DNA of 63,240 nt, filler included, from Lenisia limosa (GCA_001655205.1; 5 parts of 5 records of this genome joined end to end with filler, not necessarily neighbours in it); one strand, 5' to 3'; counted from the first letter of the whole stretch, positions 40,540-53,434 are shown. Numbers and translations are program-made. The notes: generated from the sequence alone by a model not told the origin.

Positions 40540-41794
40540 AAATAAAATTTAATGGATAAAGTACCTCCCATGGGGATAAACATTGATTTAGCATGTTCTC
40601 CGGGTTACCTATACACGGGTAAGCTGGACCCGCGCGCCGGTTGGATGAGCCGATCAGACCCGGTAGGCCGGGCTTCCGGGTCCGCGGGGGGATGGGGATG
40701 ACCAATGTTGGAAATGGCTTGTGCGGTATACCCCGGCACTCCGATAAAAATAATCCCAGTAAACATTCATATAACACGCAAATATGACAATAAGAAACAT
40801 AAAAACATCTAAGAAACATAAACCATTTCTAAGACCAATCGTCTCACCTCCTCTTCCTCGGCTGATCTCGCGATCTAAATGTGTCACCAGGAACATTGAT
40901 GAAAGCAAAATGTTACTTGGTTACCTTGCAGATAAGTCTCTTTTAGCGCGAGAATGATCTCGAATAATGGTTGCAACCTAGAGAGAATCATCGCAAGAAA
41001 AGGTCGTACGTACTGTACTGTTGAGAAGAGGGGTGGCGGAAAAATATTTTTAAGGAAGATATCTTGACAGAGTATTATTAAAACGACAGACAATCCTGTT
41101 TTTCATTAGGCCTGCCTCCCCCTCCAAACATCAGCCTTGGCATGTGTTTTTGACCTGTTGTAGCAACGCCTCAGGATATCATCCGGCGGGTCCTCAGCAA
41201 GAAGAACCTGGGAGGCCATGACTCCATTTTTAATAAGGAGTAATACTGCGAACAAAAGAGCCTGTCACCACACACCTTGACGACATCCTTATGGCCGTTC
41301 CTTGAGGCCCATGCCAACGCTTGCCATTTCTCAAGACGAGGGTTCGCCTTATACCGCAGTAGCAGCTGGATCACGCCTGTGTGTCCCTGCAGCTGTCAAA
41401 CTAACCCTCCAATTAATAACAACCAAAGGCCCGTCGTAATTATGACGGTCCTCCCCACGTGCTTTGCCGCCATAGCCAGAGCAGCACCATTCTCTGCATC
41501 AACCGCAGCCCCGGCTTTGAGCAACGTCTCAACTGTCTGCGCTGTTACAAGAACATATGATCACAGGCGGGGTGAATGGTGATTCAGCAGGTGAATTGAA
41601 TAATTGGGTGGTTGGAAACGATCTGTAAGTAAATCCCAAAACGGGAACTAACCGTTTTGTGTCCTCCTATTGAAGCCCAACGAAGAGCATAATTGTTCCT
41701 GGCTCCTATCTCAGCCCCTAATTAATCAGTAAGCGAAACATATCAGTTCTGAACCATATTAAGACCCAAACTTCGAGAACATCAGACACCAACC
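40540..41794 (-). CDS. Ankyrin-repeat protein, 3' part (5' end cut by linker; stop position uncertain)
   Basis: GAEIGARNNYALRWASIGGHKT; TVETLLKAGAAVDAENGAALAMAAKH; GHTGVIQLLLRYKANPRLEKWQALAWASRNGHKDVVK. Confidence 0.85.
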
Positions 41795-41894
41795 NNNNNN
41801 NNNNNNNNNNNNNNNNNNNNNNNNNNNNNNNNNNNNNNTTAATTAATTAANNNNNNNNNNNNNNNNNNNNNNNNNNNNNNNNNNNNNNNNNNNN
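41795..41894. other. Artificial scaffold linker
   Basis: 44N-TTAATTAATTAA (41839-41850)-44N. Confidence 0.97.
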
Positions 41895-42459
41895 GAATCA
41901 GATGAGCGGGTTCGGGAAGTTCCAACAAGGTACTTGTCAATTGGAAGAGCACCTCCCTAAACAACGCAATTATCAACTGAATAGTAAAATGGCTTAACAG
42001 AATGTAGAATTGGTTCTTGTAAAATTGCTAAAAAAACCCTTATACAACGCCAAAATTAACAGAATACGAAAAATAGCTAAACATTACCCTCATGGTCATC
42101 GTCATATATCCTATCACTGCGTGAAAAATGATGTTAACAACTGTAAAAATGCTGCTAAATGTGGAAGGCATACCTTGGGCTTCACTTCAGACGAAAAAGA
42201 CAAAAATATAGAGTTCGAAGTGAATCCCAAGCATTGTCTCATAGAACCTTCTCCCCATAATGATATACAATATCCCCTCTCACAATACCAAATCNNNNNN
42301 NNNNNNNNNNNNNNNNNNNNNNNNNNNNNNNNNNNNNNNNNNNNNNNNNNNNNNNNNNNNNNNNNNNNNNNNNNNNNNNNNNNNNNNNNNNNNNNNNNNN
42401 NNNNNNNNNNNNNNNNNNNNNNNNNNNNNNNNNNNNNNNNNNNNNNNNNNNNNNNNNNA

Positions 42460-43408
42460 TTATATCACTGCGTGGAAAATGACAGTGAACACGTGTGAAA
42501 CAATCTTGATCTACCCAATAGCCCTGTGCACGAATAAATATCGCAGCGTACCTGGTGATCTTCGTCCTTCGAGTGAATAATGAGTCCGACCTAAAGCGTT
42601 ATACTATCCATTATGGATACTGGGAATGTGGAAAATTAAAATTGTAAATGGATGATGAGGTGATGTTAAAATGGATGATGAGGCGGTGTTAAAAACCTTT
42701 TGTTTATGGGTGAAAGACCACATAGGCTCTCACTGATATTTGGAATTCAGTTCGCTAGGGAGTTGACGAGTTCCGCTGGGTCACCGTAGTGAGGTTATGT
42801 GATATGGTTTTTGTTTTGAAAAATACACACTCTGAAAACACCCAAGATAAAGCTCAATGTCCGTGTCAGAACTTATCCCTATGGTATACAGTGACCACCA
42901 ATAGTTCTGACACGATTGACCAAGATAAAGCTCAATGTCCGTGTCAGAACTTATCACGGTCAGTGTACATCACAAAAAGTGACAGTCGTGCTACCCTGGT
43001 ATCTTGACAGGATTTGTCAGATTTCTCTTCAGAACCCCACAGAAATACATCCACTAAATTTTCATGATATAAACTGTAATACTCAGAGACATGTGTGTAA
43101 GTGAAAATGGACCCAAAACAACAAGTGATATGAGCATATGCCCAAAAAAGGAGGATGAAATGTTCATATCGAATAGTTCCACTGGAGCTTACCACAACAA
43201 TAAAGGCCACGGTAACAATGAATAATGGAATGATGAGCAGTCTCCATTTATTATGCACAGCCTGGAAGTAAAAGATGGAGTAAGAACTGATTCGGGATCT
43301 GAACAAGTGCCGATCACATACACATCTATTGGGGCGAGGGTAGGGCTTAAGGGCATCTCTTTCATCAAACATTTCTGCTTGAGGCACAAGGGAGCCCCTG
43401 GGAGTCAT
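42460..43408 (-). CDS. Hypothetical membrane protein fragment (hydrophobic exons)
   Basis: WRLLIIPLFIVTVAFIVVVSS...HFILLFWAYAHITCCFGSIFTYTHV; exons VGLIIHSKDEDHQ|IKIVSHVFTVIFHAV with GT/AG flanks. Family not recognised. Confidence 0.45.
42842..42955. repeat. Two identical 36-bp direct repeats with 78-bp period
   Basis: ccaagataaagctcaatgtccgtgtcagaacttatc at 42842-42877 and 42920-42955. Confidence 0.92.
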
Positions 43409-44616
43409 TGTGTGAGCTGAACGGACAGATTTCGGTTGTGCTTCTTAGTTATATCGGTGTTAGAAGGCACCTTTAATTACAATTTAATATATGTAGAAGA
43501 TATATGGCCGTTTAAACAAGATGGACTAACAGGCCAAGAATCAGTAGATGTTTTGTTTTAATTAAACTAATTTTGGGGTTTCCAGCTGTCGCAAAAATCG
43601 GTAAAAAAGTACAACAAGCGAAAACAATATTTTTCCTCCGCGAATTTGTAAATAGCGCATTATATTGTAATAAATTATCTAGGTGTTAGTTCCTAATCAA
43701 AAGACACCCGTCTTATCTGCGTTAGAACCGACCTTTTCGGTCATCCTCTGTGTGAAGAGCTATATTATAATTATTGTGAAAAATGAACGGGTGAAGGTGA
43801 TGGTGTAAGCCTCCAACCACCCTCCCGCGATCACCTTTTTCTTGATTTGTTGACGACGAACTCTCTTCAACCGGTATGTGGTGGAATCAAAGATCAAAAG
43901 CAAAGTTTCGTTTTATAATCTTCAAACTCAATTAATTACTAAGAAGGAAACTGGAATTTGGAAACTGTTTTTGTTTAGCCGACGGGTGAATTGTCAGCTT
44001 CTTTTTCCCTTCTTTTTCAGGGAAATGGAAAGAGGAGGGAAATGGCTCTTTTTGATGGTTTTGGTTAATTGGGGAATTTTTACTGTTTTACGAGTTACAC
44101 TTTTTGGAAATGAATTTCGTTTTTTTAGCTGTTTGTATTTAGAGGCGGATGGATTGTCGGTGTGATTCTGGGGTAGCATCACAAAAGAGAGGATATTATG
44201 CAAAAGCTATGGCTGGTGTTTTATTGTTAATGTGATGATCCATCATTACTAAAATACGAACGGCCAGAGGGAATGGTGTCGCTATTAAGGGTGCCTTTTC
44301 GGAGTCCTGGGGAGGATGTAGCTATACGATACAATTAGGGCTTCACTCCGATCCAGTATTTAATGTATTGTTCGAGAAATAAGTTTTACCTATCTTTTTC
44401 GTACCGGAGTTAAGACCAGTATTATAATCATTTGCAGTTACCAAATTCGTTCTCTAGTTGAAAAGTCCCTTTTTGGAATGTGGATGGGTTGTAATGGGGT
44501 GAATTTGTATTATTTTTTTTTAGGTAGGGGGAGGTGCACAGAGTTGTAAGTCAAAAAATTGGGTAAATTAGTGCAACAATCGTTTTAATTTTATTAGCTA
44601 GTATGAACTTTAACAC

Positions 44617-44717
44617 AAGGGCTTCACAATCGATTCTAAAAAGACTGACTTAATATCGATAATTTTCGAAGATTTATCGATAAATTCAGTCTTTTTTTGA
44701 ACCGAAGTGAAGCCCTA
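44617..44717. mobile_element. hAT-like MITE (family 1)
   Basis: aagggcttcac...gtgaagcccta; flanks tttaacac / tttagcac (7/8). Confidence 0.88.
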
Positions 44718-44927
44718 TTTAGCACTCCAAATTCTTGCATGTTTATTGATGGCCCGTTTGCTTGGGTATTGATGGTCTGTTTGCTTGGGTAATACGTGTT
44801 TTGTTTTCTCGTAAATTTTGGAATTTTTTTTGTGCCACGTGTTGAGTATGTAATTAATGGTTATCCATTATACTACAGCTTACCACTGTCCATTATATTA
44901 CAGCTTACCACTGCAGATTATTGCGTA

Positions 44928-47900
44928 ATGCGGCTTTTCAAAGTTGCAACTTTTGCTGTTATTTTGGCGTTCTACTGTCTGTCCTTTTCACAGGGTACCA
45001 ATGTAAAGGTATGGCTTGGGCTTCCTTGCGGATCCACAAAAGACATTATTTCTCGAAAAATCCTCTATACATATCGATATTTTACTGGTCTTTTTTGAAG
45101 CAGGTTGGGGAAGCTGGAAGGCTTAAATGTTAAAATAAGATTTCCCTTCAAAATCGTCGAAAATACTTTCCACAATACTATATTGTAAATCAAGGGGCTC
45201 TTCGATTTAGAGCAAAAATTGCATCACATTAATATAGGTATATCAGATAAGAAAATCAAGAATATAAACTTAAACTCAAGGATTTAATAATCGATTTTAG
45301 GCTCTCCTCAGAGGCTTCAACAGCGTTCACAATGCCGGCTTCATCCCTGCTTGTATGTTTAGTCCCACAGAATCATCCGAAACTGGCACAGATGGGAGAA
45401 AGATGTATAAATTCCCCAGCAGTATGCGGGGCTCTCTTTATTTACATGGCATTTTGTGAAGGGTTTGTCTTGACGTTTTGCAGGCTTTAGATGCGATGCT
45501 ATAGCGCCGAATCAACCAGATACTGGGCTGTAGTATGAGGGATTTCTAATCTTTAACGGATTTCTATTATTAACATATTTCGTATGCTGGAGAGGCACGC
45601 AGAAAGCTGTGTGCACAGAGTTGTAAGGCAAATGATTGGGTGAATTAATNNNNNNNNNNNNNNNNNNNNNNNNNNNNNNNNNNNNNNNNNNNNNNNNNNN
45701 NNNNNNNNNNNNNNNNNNNNNNNNNNNNNNNNNNNNNNNNNNNNNNNNNNNNNNNNNNNNNNNNNNNNNNNNNNNNNNNNNNNNNNNNNNNNNNNNNNNN
45801 NNNNNNNNNNNGAAGCTCTAAATTAACATACATTCACTTCAGGAACGGTCTTATTAGCCCAGTTTTCAAAAACGGTCTTATTAGCCCAGTTTTCAAAAAC
45901 GGTCTAATTTGCCCAGTTTACATGAATTTCAGAAATTGTCTAATTTGCTCAGTTTCCGCATTCGGCAAAATTTGCCCTCAAGTCCGTCGTCTGCAGTTGT
46001 GCTCAAAGCTGTCGGTATGTTGGGACTGGCTTAAAGCTTTACTTCGGTTCGAAAAAAGACTGAATGTCTCGATATATCTTCAAAAACTATCGATATTATA
46101 TTCGGCTTTTTCAGACCGATCTATATATGATATATAATAGATGTATATTAGGCAGTTGTTGATGAGAGCCTCTGTGTCTGATATGAGGGTACTTGATTTC
46201 GCTCATTTGCTGGGTATCATAGGAGCTTAGTTTGTATGTAATTCTAACTATATTGAGATACATCCTTATTTTTTTTATTTCTCATTGCTATAGTATACTA
46301 TATTGTTGTAGATGGATTCGGTCAGATACAACCTTGTTTCATTTCTCATCTTGGGCTTCACTTCGGTTCGAAAAGATGAGTGAATTTCTCGATAAATCCT
46401 CGAAAGCTATCCATATTTTACCGGTCTTTTTTGAACTGAAGTGAAGCCCTGCTCATCTCTAACTATGCAGTTGTGGATGATGCTAGTGCTGGCGAAACAG
46501 CTTGGGAACTGAGCTCTCAGATCAGTGGCTCGGAACACGTCTATACGTTCAGCTACTACAAAAGCGAACCGGCCTCGATTTATTGCTCAGTAGGAGGGGG
46601 GTGATGTGTGATGTGTAGGGCTTCCTTTCGGTCCCAAAAAAAGACTGAATTTCTTGATAATTCCTTGATAATATCGATATTTTCACGGTCTTTTACGGAC
46701 CGGACCGTTGAGAAGCCCTGGTGATGTGTGATTTGAAATAAAAAAATAGATATATTTCTACAACATTAAGATTCTTTATTATGAGCCGAAGTGAAGCTCC
46801 AGCTGTGAACAATTTATTATGACCTCTTAGGGAGGAGACATCATTGAGGTGGCTTCGTACCTCTATACTGATGGATCTGGAACCCAAAAGTAGGAAGAAG
46901 ATCTAGATTTTTAATTGTTTATAATGAATAAATCTCTTTGGGGGTGGGTGGATGAGATAGAAATTCGTTTTGTTTTATCTATTCTTATTGTTATTGTCAA
47001 GTTTATACCTTGATGATCATCATATTGGCCACGATCTTCGTTAAAATTTATTAAAAAACTGACGTTACTGAAAGTGTCACTCATTCTGACAATTATCGGG
47101 AATTATTACCTGCTTGGAAAATACTTTAATTTCAAAAATTACCACTAAAAACTGGAATGTTCTATTGTTGACCCACAAGAGCCTATATTTCGATGATTTG
47201 CGAAAATGGCGCCGAGACCACGCGGTTGGCCTCATTGCTTGCTTCGACCGTCCCCAAAGACAAGCCAATAGTCACCAGACTGGACTCTGGTAAGTGGTAG
47301 GGTTAGGCTTCACTTCGGTTCGAAAAAAGACTGATAAAATATCGATATTTATCGAAGATTTATCGAGAATTGTCTTTTATTAAATCGAAGTGAATGGGGG
47401 TTTTCACATTCCCGTTGGCGTGAAGGATTTTTCTTTGTTTTGTGTTTGGTTTTTGCTCTTTTTGATCAAAATAATTGGTGCTCTTTTAAGCCCACTTTTC
47501 TATTACAACTTCGGGAATGTCACTTGCATTTCTTCTAGAATAACTCATGTTTTGTACTAGACTCGTTTTATTTATTCATGAAGTCCTGCTCTTTGCTTAA
47601 TTTTGTCTTGGTTGCTTTAGATAGACTGAATTGCTCAATAAATCCTTGACACATATCTATATTTTGACGGTTGATTTTGGACAGTAGCGAAGATGCAGCC
47701 CCCCCCCCTTTTTTTTTCTTCCATTAGATTCATCTTTTACAATTTTATTCCCTTCCAAGATTACCATTTTATTCCCTACCAAGATTACCATTTTATTCAT
47801 AGTTTCTTTGTTTTTCAGTTAAACACTTGACCATTGAGTAACAGTTAATCCATACTCCCTAACTAGATTTTTAATGTATATCATATAGTATAGTATTTCT

Positions 47901-50900
47901 CTTGTTCAAAAAAAATATTGTACTGATTTTGTTATATCTTTAGATAACGCGCGTTACTCTCTGTTCTTGCTGACTCGTCTGAACTACCTCTCATGCAAGT
48001 GTTGGTTGGGGAGGCCAAGGGGGTCAAGGCAATCTAAGGGGCAGAGAATATTATGGGTCCAAGGGGGATGGGATTTGGTGTAAATGTCTACGGGAAGCGA
48101 CCAAGGCTTCATTTCGGTGTCAAAAAGCCTCTAATTCATTCAGCTCAATTCGCCACGCCTCTGGTAAACTGGAATCCAATCACTCAAAACGCAGCTGCTG
48201 TATGGGGGTGTTCTTGTATATTTAGGGTTTCCTTATGCTAGTGTTTATCGCCCATCGAATTGTATTCATAATGTAAGATAGAGTTGATAATTAACAAAAT
48301 CTCTTTTAAACGTGATAATGTGGACGGCTTCGGCCAGATACATAGTATATGTACTACTATATATATGATATATATATGTATACAGTGACAGGGATAAGTC
48401 TTGATCTATTATCCTTGGGAAATCACATCGAAAATAGCTCAAGACTTATCCCGGTCATTGTATATATTCTTCTGCTTCTCATTTGCGAAGAGGAGGATAT
48501 TTTTCCTGGATAGTCCTATGTTTTATTTCTGTTTGTATATAATTGCATATCATAAAAATATAAATCTGGCTCTCAAACAAATGACGTTGTAGTCTTGTCC
48601 CGTTGGGGGTTACAAGAACTCTAATTTCCCGCTCCAATTTGATGTTGATACCTCAGAAGGTAGTACGACGTTTTCGCCTTGTAGCGGTGGGGGGTTTATC
48701 ATCCATTTTGTATTATGTACTATTTTACTATTTAGAAATGTAAAGGTTAAATTCAACATTATACTGTATCATATAGTTGAACTGTTCTGTTTTGTTGAAG
48801 TATAAATCAAAACAAGGTGACTTGGATGGTCATGGTCCGTGTTGATTATACAATAAGGTACTATTCTAATTCCCATTATTGTCACTTCCCGCATGCCTTG
48901 TCGGTGTTACCTGAAAGAGAACTGTAGTTAAACTCATTTCTGTACTTAAAACTATTTCTTGTTTCCAAAACAGATAACTGCTGATACTTTAGAGTGTCCA
49001 GAAGGGAGTGTTTGTGACGGCGAGTCCCATGCTGTGTGTGATGGAGTAGTGTCGGAAGATAAGACTAGCTGTGAATCTGTAAGCATGTGAAGGATTGTTA
49101 TCTTGGGTGGGGGGAATTTAGTATCATCTTGGGAGTATCGAAAAAAAAAGATCTCTTTCTGTAAGTATCTTGGGAATAGTTTAATGATCGGAATCATGTA
49201 TGGGCTGGAAGATAAGACCACTTGTGTGTCTGTATCACTCCTTTTTTTCTTATTCTTTAGTTTTCATTACTTGGTTCTTCTCCTTTCACTTTGTTCCTCC
49301 TTTTACTCCCCCACTTACTTTTACTCCCCCACTTTCCACCTTCCTTTTACTTTCTTTTCTTTTTCATCTTGTCCTTTTACTTCCTCCCTCCCCTTTAACG
49401 GTTTAGTGTTCGACCGTGGTGGTCAATAACTTCTGGTAAGGGTATTGCATTTTGATTTTTTTTTATATCTCTTTCGTATGGAGGCACGCAGAAAGCTGTG
49501 TGCACAGAGTTGTAAGGCAAATGATTGGGTGAATTAATATTATACTATTATCCAATATCTCTCAGTAACGTGATGATGTGGACGGCTTAGGCCAGATACA
49601 GCCTTGTTTTATTTCTCATCTCTCTATTACAACATTGACCAAAACAGTCGAACGAGTCCTACTTCAACCGAGACATCTTGAAGCCCTCCAATCCCCCGGC
49701 TGACCCTACATCGTACCCCCATGTTCATTCCCCTGACTCGCCTATTGCGTTGTCGCCATCTCTATCGCCACAAGTAAGGGGGGGGGGANNNNNNNNNNTA
49801 TACAGCCAGTAAAGTAGATATAATCATTATCTCCCTTGCTTTCCATGTGTTATTCTCTCCTTGCTTTCCATGTAATATTTCCTTCTTACGTTCCAGTCAA
49901 TGCGACGACGGAATGTACCGCACTTCCGTAAGCGATCCCACTTGTAAATGTTTGTTGGAGGTTATTCAATTTCATTAGCGAAATTATTAGTGCTCCGGTC
50001 AATTTTTAAACAAATTGATATCAAAATTTGAAGTTGGTCATCTTATTAAGAACTCTATTCCAGACACTTTAATTTCTAATTTTGTCAATTAATCCTTAAA
50101 AAATTCTTTGCACGTAGCTCTAGAAATTTTAGTGACGGTGATAATTATGTACCAACATTGTTAGGTTTCTCTTTATCGGTTAGGTCTTTCTTGGGTCAGT
50201 GTTTTATTACTCCAATGTAACGTCTCATCATTTCTCCCTTTAGTATGCCCGGTTGGTCACTATCGGATTGCATCAACTACCATTGACTCGGGAGGCGCTG
50301 CGACGGAAAGAAGGTGGGTTGTTCTTTTTGAAAAAGTTCAGTCTTTTTCTTGGGGGGTATCACATGCATTTATTTTATTTGCAGTTTTTGAATATTTTGA
50401 CGTTTTTTTCAATCAATGGACAGGCGCAATTACAGAATATCTCCCTGCTCATCTTATTTATATAGGGCCATCTCAGTCCTTGAGGATTTGTGTGGTAGGA
50501 GGGCTCTTCTCGTGTAACTAGGGTTTCCTTATCTTCTCTTGTGACTAGGGCTTCCTTATCTTCTCTTGTAACGCTCTAATCCTGATAATGACTGAATATC
50601 TCTTTAAATCGTCGATATATTTCGATAATTTGCTGATCTTTTGCGTGCCTGAGGGATGCTCTACTTGTAATTCGTAGTTTCCACCGAATCTTCGAGATAT
50701 TTGAACAAAGATCTGGGCGATTTAAGCCAATAAGTCATTTTATTCAGTTTCTATCAATAAAGACTTTAATTTTATGCAATTTCAATCATTTTCCAGATCA
50801 TGTCATACAGTCTTTGTTCAATTTCTTTAGAGAAGGTCATCATTTCTCCCGTAACGATAGTGTCTTTTGTTTTGTTAAATCTCTTAAAAATGTCGTCTTT

Positions 50901-51010
50901 ATCTGGTCAATCTATATGAAAATTAGTGTATTTGTTCAATCTCTATTAAAATGGTGTCTTTATATGTTCAGCATCCGAAGCGCCACGGGTATATCAGCCG
51001 CTAGACCTTG
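44928..51010 (+). CDS. Hypothetical secreted or surface protein with many small exons in repeat-expanded introns; boundaries tentative
   Basis: Signal-like MRLFKVATFAVILAFYCLSFSQ|; GC-richer GT/AG-flanked exons at ~45311, 46470-46589 (VDDASAGETAWELSSQ), 46830, 47195-47289, 48594-48659 (SCPVGGYKNSNFP), 49640-49773 and 50970 (LDLECEPCSP). May be more than one gene. Confidence 0.45.
45844..45905. repeat. 27-bp tandem repeat (about 2.3 copies)
   Basis: aacggtcttattagcccagttttcaaa twice, plus a partial aacggtct. Confidence 0.85.
46351..46451. mobile_element. hAT-like MITE (family 1) nested in a family-2 repeat
   Basis: ttgggcttcacttcggttcgaaaa...ttttgaactgaagtgaagccctg; ctcatc duplicated on both sides. 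Confidence 0.88.
46616..46720. mobile_element. hAT-like MITE (family 1)
   Basis: tagggcttcc...gaagccctg with a perfect 8-bp TSD gtgatgtg (46608-46615 and 46721-46728). Confidence 0.9.
47304..47394. mobile_element. hAT-like MITE (family 1), right end eroded
   Basis: taggcttcacttcggttcgaaaaaagac...atcgaagtgaa. Confidence 0.8.
49473..49620 (+). repeat. Dispersed intronic repeat family 2, most complete copy
   Basis: 58 nt identical to 45592-45649 and 45 nt identical (reverse complement) to 14152-14196. The 3' module gtggacggctt(c/a)ggccagatac...atttctcat recurs near 14040-14090, 46315, 48312, 53933, 57278 and 61970. Confidence 0.9.
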
Positions 51011-51033
51011 AGTGCGAGCCTTGTTCACCAACA

Positions 51034-51931
51034 TTAGTATCTGTACCTACAAGAGTATGCAAGAAGAGCAGATAAAATGACTAGGATCTTGATTGGAGTG
51101 AACTCAAATCCAAGAATTGATAAAAGAATATCCTCTGTTGTTATCTGATTTACCGTATTCAGGACCAATGTGTCCTCTGTGGTGACGGAAAGGTGGCAGT
51201 TAACTCTACTACTTGGTGAGCTGGTGCTATGGAAGAGTCTTTTCAATGGGTGGATTTATGACAATATTTTTTCTGTTGATTATCGTCACAGTCTTTTTTT
51301 ATAAGAATGTCTTTTAGATTTGAGAGCATAGTTATGCAATTGTGGTGGTTTTTGATATCACAGAAAACGTCATTTTTTTGGCTATGGCCAGGTACAACCT
51401 TATTTCTACTTGGTATATATTTTTTGCAATAGTTGCTCTGGTTTTACTACTAGCCATCGCTCTCTTCCATTTCACGAAATTTATGAATCTTTTTTTTTTG
51501 TTCGTTACCATTTCTTAGTGAGTGTGCTGGGGGTTTCGGAGGCCCTTCATGTCTGCCTTGTCCACAAGGTTCTTATAAGGTTTGTTCTTTGTACTTAACT
51601 TGGTATCAGAGTATTCCTTCATCCCCACCCGCAACGTTCTCACACCCACTCCTTGTATTTATTGTCTGATATCTGATTGAATATTAGGGTCAGCTTTAAT
51701 GATAATTGTGGATATGTTCATGATCCTTTTTCTGGCTCGGAGAAGCTTCTGATCCGATATCACATTTCCACCCAGTTGGAGGTCATATATAACATGGTTA
51801 TTGGTCTGTCTACCGAATAAAGAACCCAAAATGGAACAACAGCTGTGGAATTGACTGACACATTTCAGGACTTTGTTGGGTTTGAAAGCTGCCTGGCTTG
51901 CGAGGAAGTAGTCAAAGATGAGCGGACTGTT
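51034..51931 (-). CDS. Hypothetical protein, 3' part (cut by linker), possible C-terminal TM helix
   Basis: NSPLIFDYFLASQAAFKPNKVLK; NHVIYDLQLGGNVISDQKLLRARKRIMN; stop-proximal ILLSILGFEFTPIKILVILSALLAYSCRYRY*. Confidence 0.4.
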
Positions 51932-52031
51932 NNNNNNNNNNNNNNNNNNNNNNNNNNNNNNNNNNNNNNNNNNNNTTAATTAATTAANNNNNNNNNNNNN
52001 NNNNNNNNNNNNNNNNNNNNNNNNNNNNNNN
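51932..52031. other. Artificial scaffold linker
   Basis: 44N-TTAATTAATTAA (51976-51987)-44N. Confidence 0.97.
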
Positions 52032-52299
52032 AGAACATTTATCAAGAATTCATACTAGATTAATTGAGGATTAATCGAGGATTTATTGAGGATTCCAGTC
52101 CCTATTTTGAGACCGACCCCCCAAACCTTCAAGTAGAGCAATACGATCGAGTGCCTAGATTGAAATGAGAAATGAGGTATAAAACAAGCATTATTTTAAG
52201 TTCATAAGAGGAAAAAAAATAAGTTTTCTCAAGGTTTTCTCGAGGTTTTCTCGAATTTCTGGTTTATCGAGAATCCTTTGTTTGGAACCGAAACTGGCA

Positions 52300-53145
52300 T
52301 CAATCATCCCCCCCAACCGAATCGAGGCTGGCTTGGAGGTGGGAAGTCAGGTTCTGCAGCTGGCTCACCGAGGTTGTTNNNNNNNNNNNNNNNNNNNNNN
52401 NNNNNNNNNNNNNNNNNNNNNNNNNNNNNNNNNNNNNNNNNNNNNNNNNNNNNNNNNNNNNACTCTGTTGGCTAGCAGCACAGAAGGGCTGAAAACAACA
52501 AACCACAGTATGGTTTGGTTGTAGCAAGCCTTTCCTTCAAGTCCCCTCCCACCTTCACAATCTCATTTGTAGCAAAGCCTCCATTCTTGAGGATTTGGAA
52601 TGCGCTGAGATGTGAAACAAGCAGAGAATGGTGAAGTACTGTTAAGTGGAGGAGTTCAGAAGTATTAAGATTGAGTACATATTCAGGAGTTGCCAGATTC
52701 AAGGACCTCATGCACTGGACATTCAAGATTTTAATAACATTGAAATAATAGTAACTGAAATGATGTTCTCGTCACATTCACTTCAATGACATTAATTACT
52801 CAATGGGTACCCAAACCATAATACCCCTTCGGCCAGATAAAATAAAATTTTACATTTTAAATATGATAGATAGAGATATGAATATCTTTCAATATAACCA
52901 AGATTGAATTCACAACAACCCCTGTATAAATAGACATCTTTAGTTGAAACAATTGACCTTTATTTTTGTTTTATTACCACTTTTATCACTTATTATTATT
53001 TTAACAATGGACTCTTCACACCACCACATTTTTAGAGGAGCTGATTATTCACATGAAGATCCAGGAGGTAATAACTATCTCCAAACCCATACCTGGCGTT
53101 CAACACGACAAAACACGCCGCAATGAGAAGAGCCAGCGATAACAT
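52300..53145 (-). CDS. Hypothetical small secreted protein (could instead be the distal end of the subtilase)
   Basis: ATG at 53145 giving MLSLALLIAACFVVLNAR|gtatgg; later exon LLVSHLSAFQILKNGGFATNEIVK|; QNLTSHLQASLDSVGGDD*. Confidence 0.4.
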
Positions 53146-53434
53146 CGCCTGTCGCCAGAGAAGAAACGTTTATCTTTTTAGAGCTACTCTATTTCAGGAA
53201 GGCAATCGAGATGGCAATAACCCTGGTGAAACTCCAATATATGTGAACGGACCAAAGGAGAGAACGATTTGTTAAACGTAAGAAGAGAGGAGTGCGAGGA
53301 AGTCTGTTGAACCAATCGGAAGGTGACGTCATGACATCACTATGAAACTTTGGTTTTACTTTCCCGTCTCTCCCCTACTTGGGCCAGACCCAGTGCCATG
53401 CGCCAGACCTCAAACCCTCAAACAGTCAAACAGT

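Noticed and set aside
305-41794. A functional gene cluster linking the neighbouring genes
   Set aside because: The genes have unrelated housekeeping and trafficking functions; nothing suggests an operon-like or biosynthetic system.
42842-42955. CRISPR-like geometry (36-bp repeats, 42-bp spacer)
   Set aside because: Only two repeats, eukaryotic intron-containing context and no cas genes.
49570-49620. Box C motif GTGATGA at the start of family-2 module B (snoRNA hypothesis)
   Set aside because: Box C is not conserved in other copies (GTGATAA, GTGATGG), and no matching box D or terminal stem is evident.
53312-53331. CCAAT and TGACGTCA (CRE) motifs upstream of the 53145 ORF
   Set aside because: Short motifs expected by chance, and the gene start itself is tentative.
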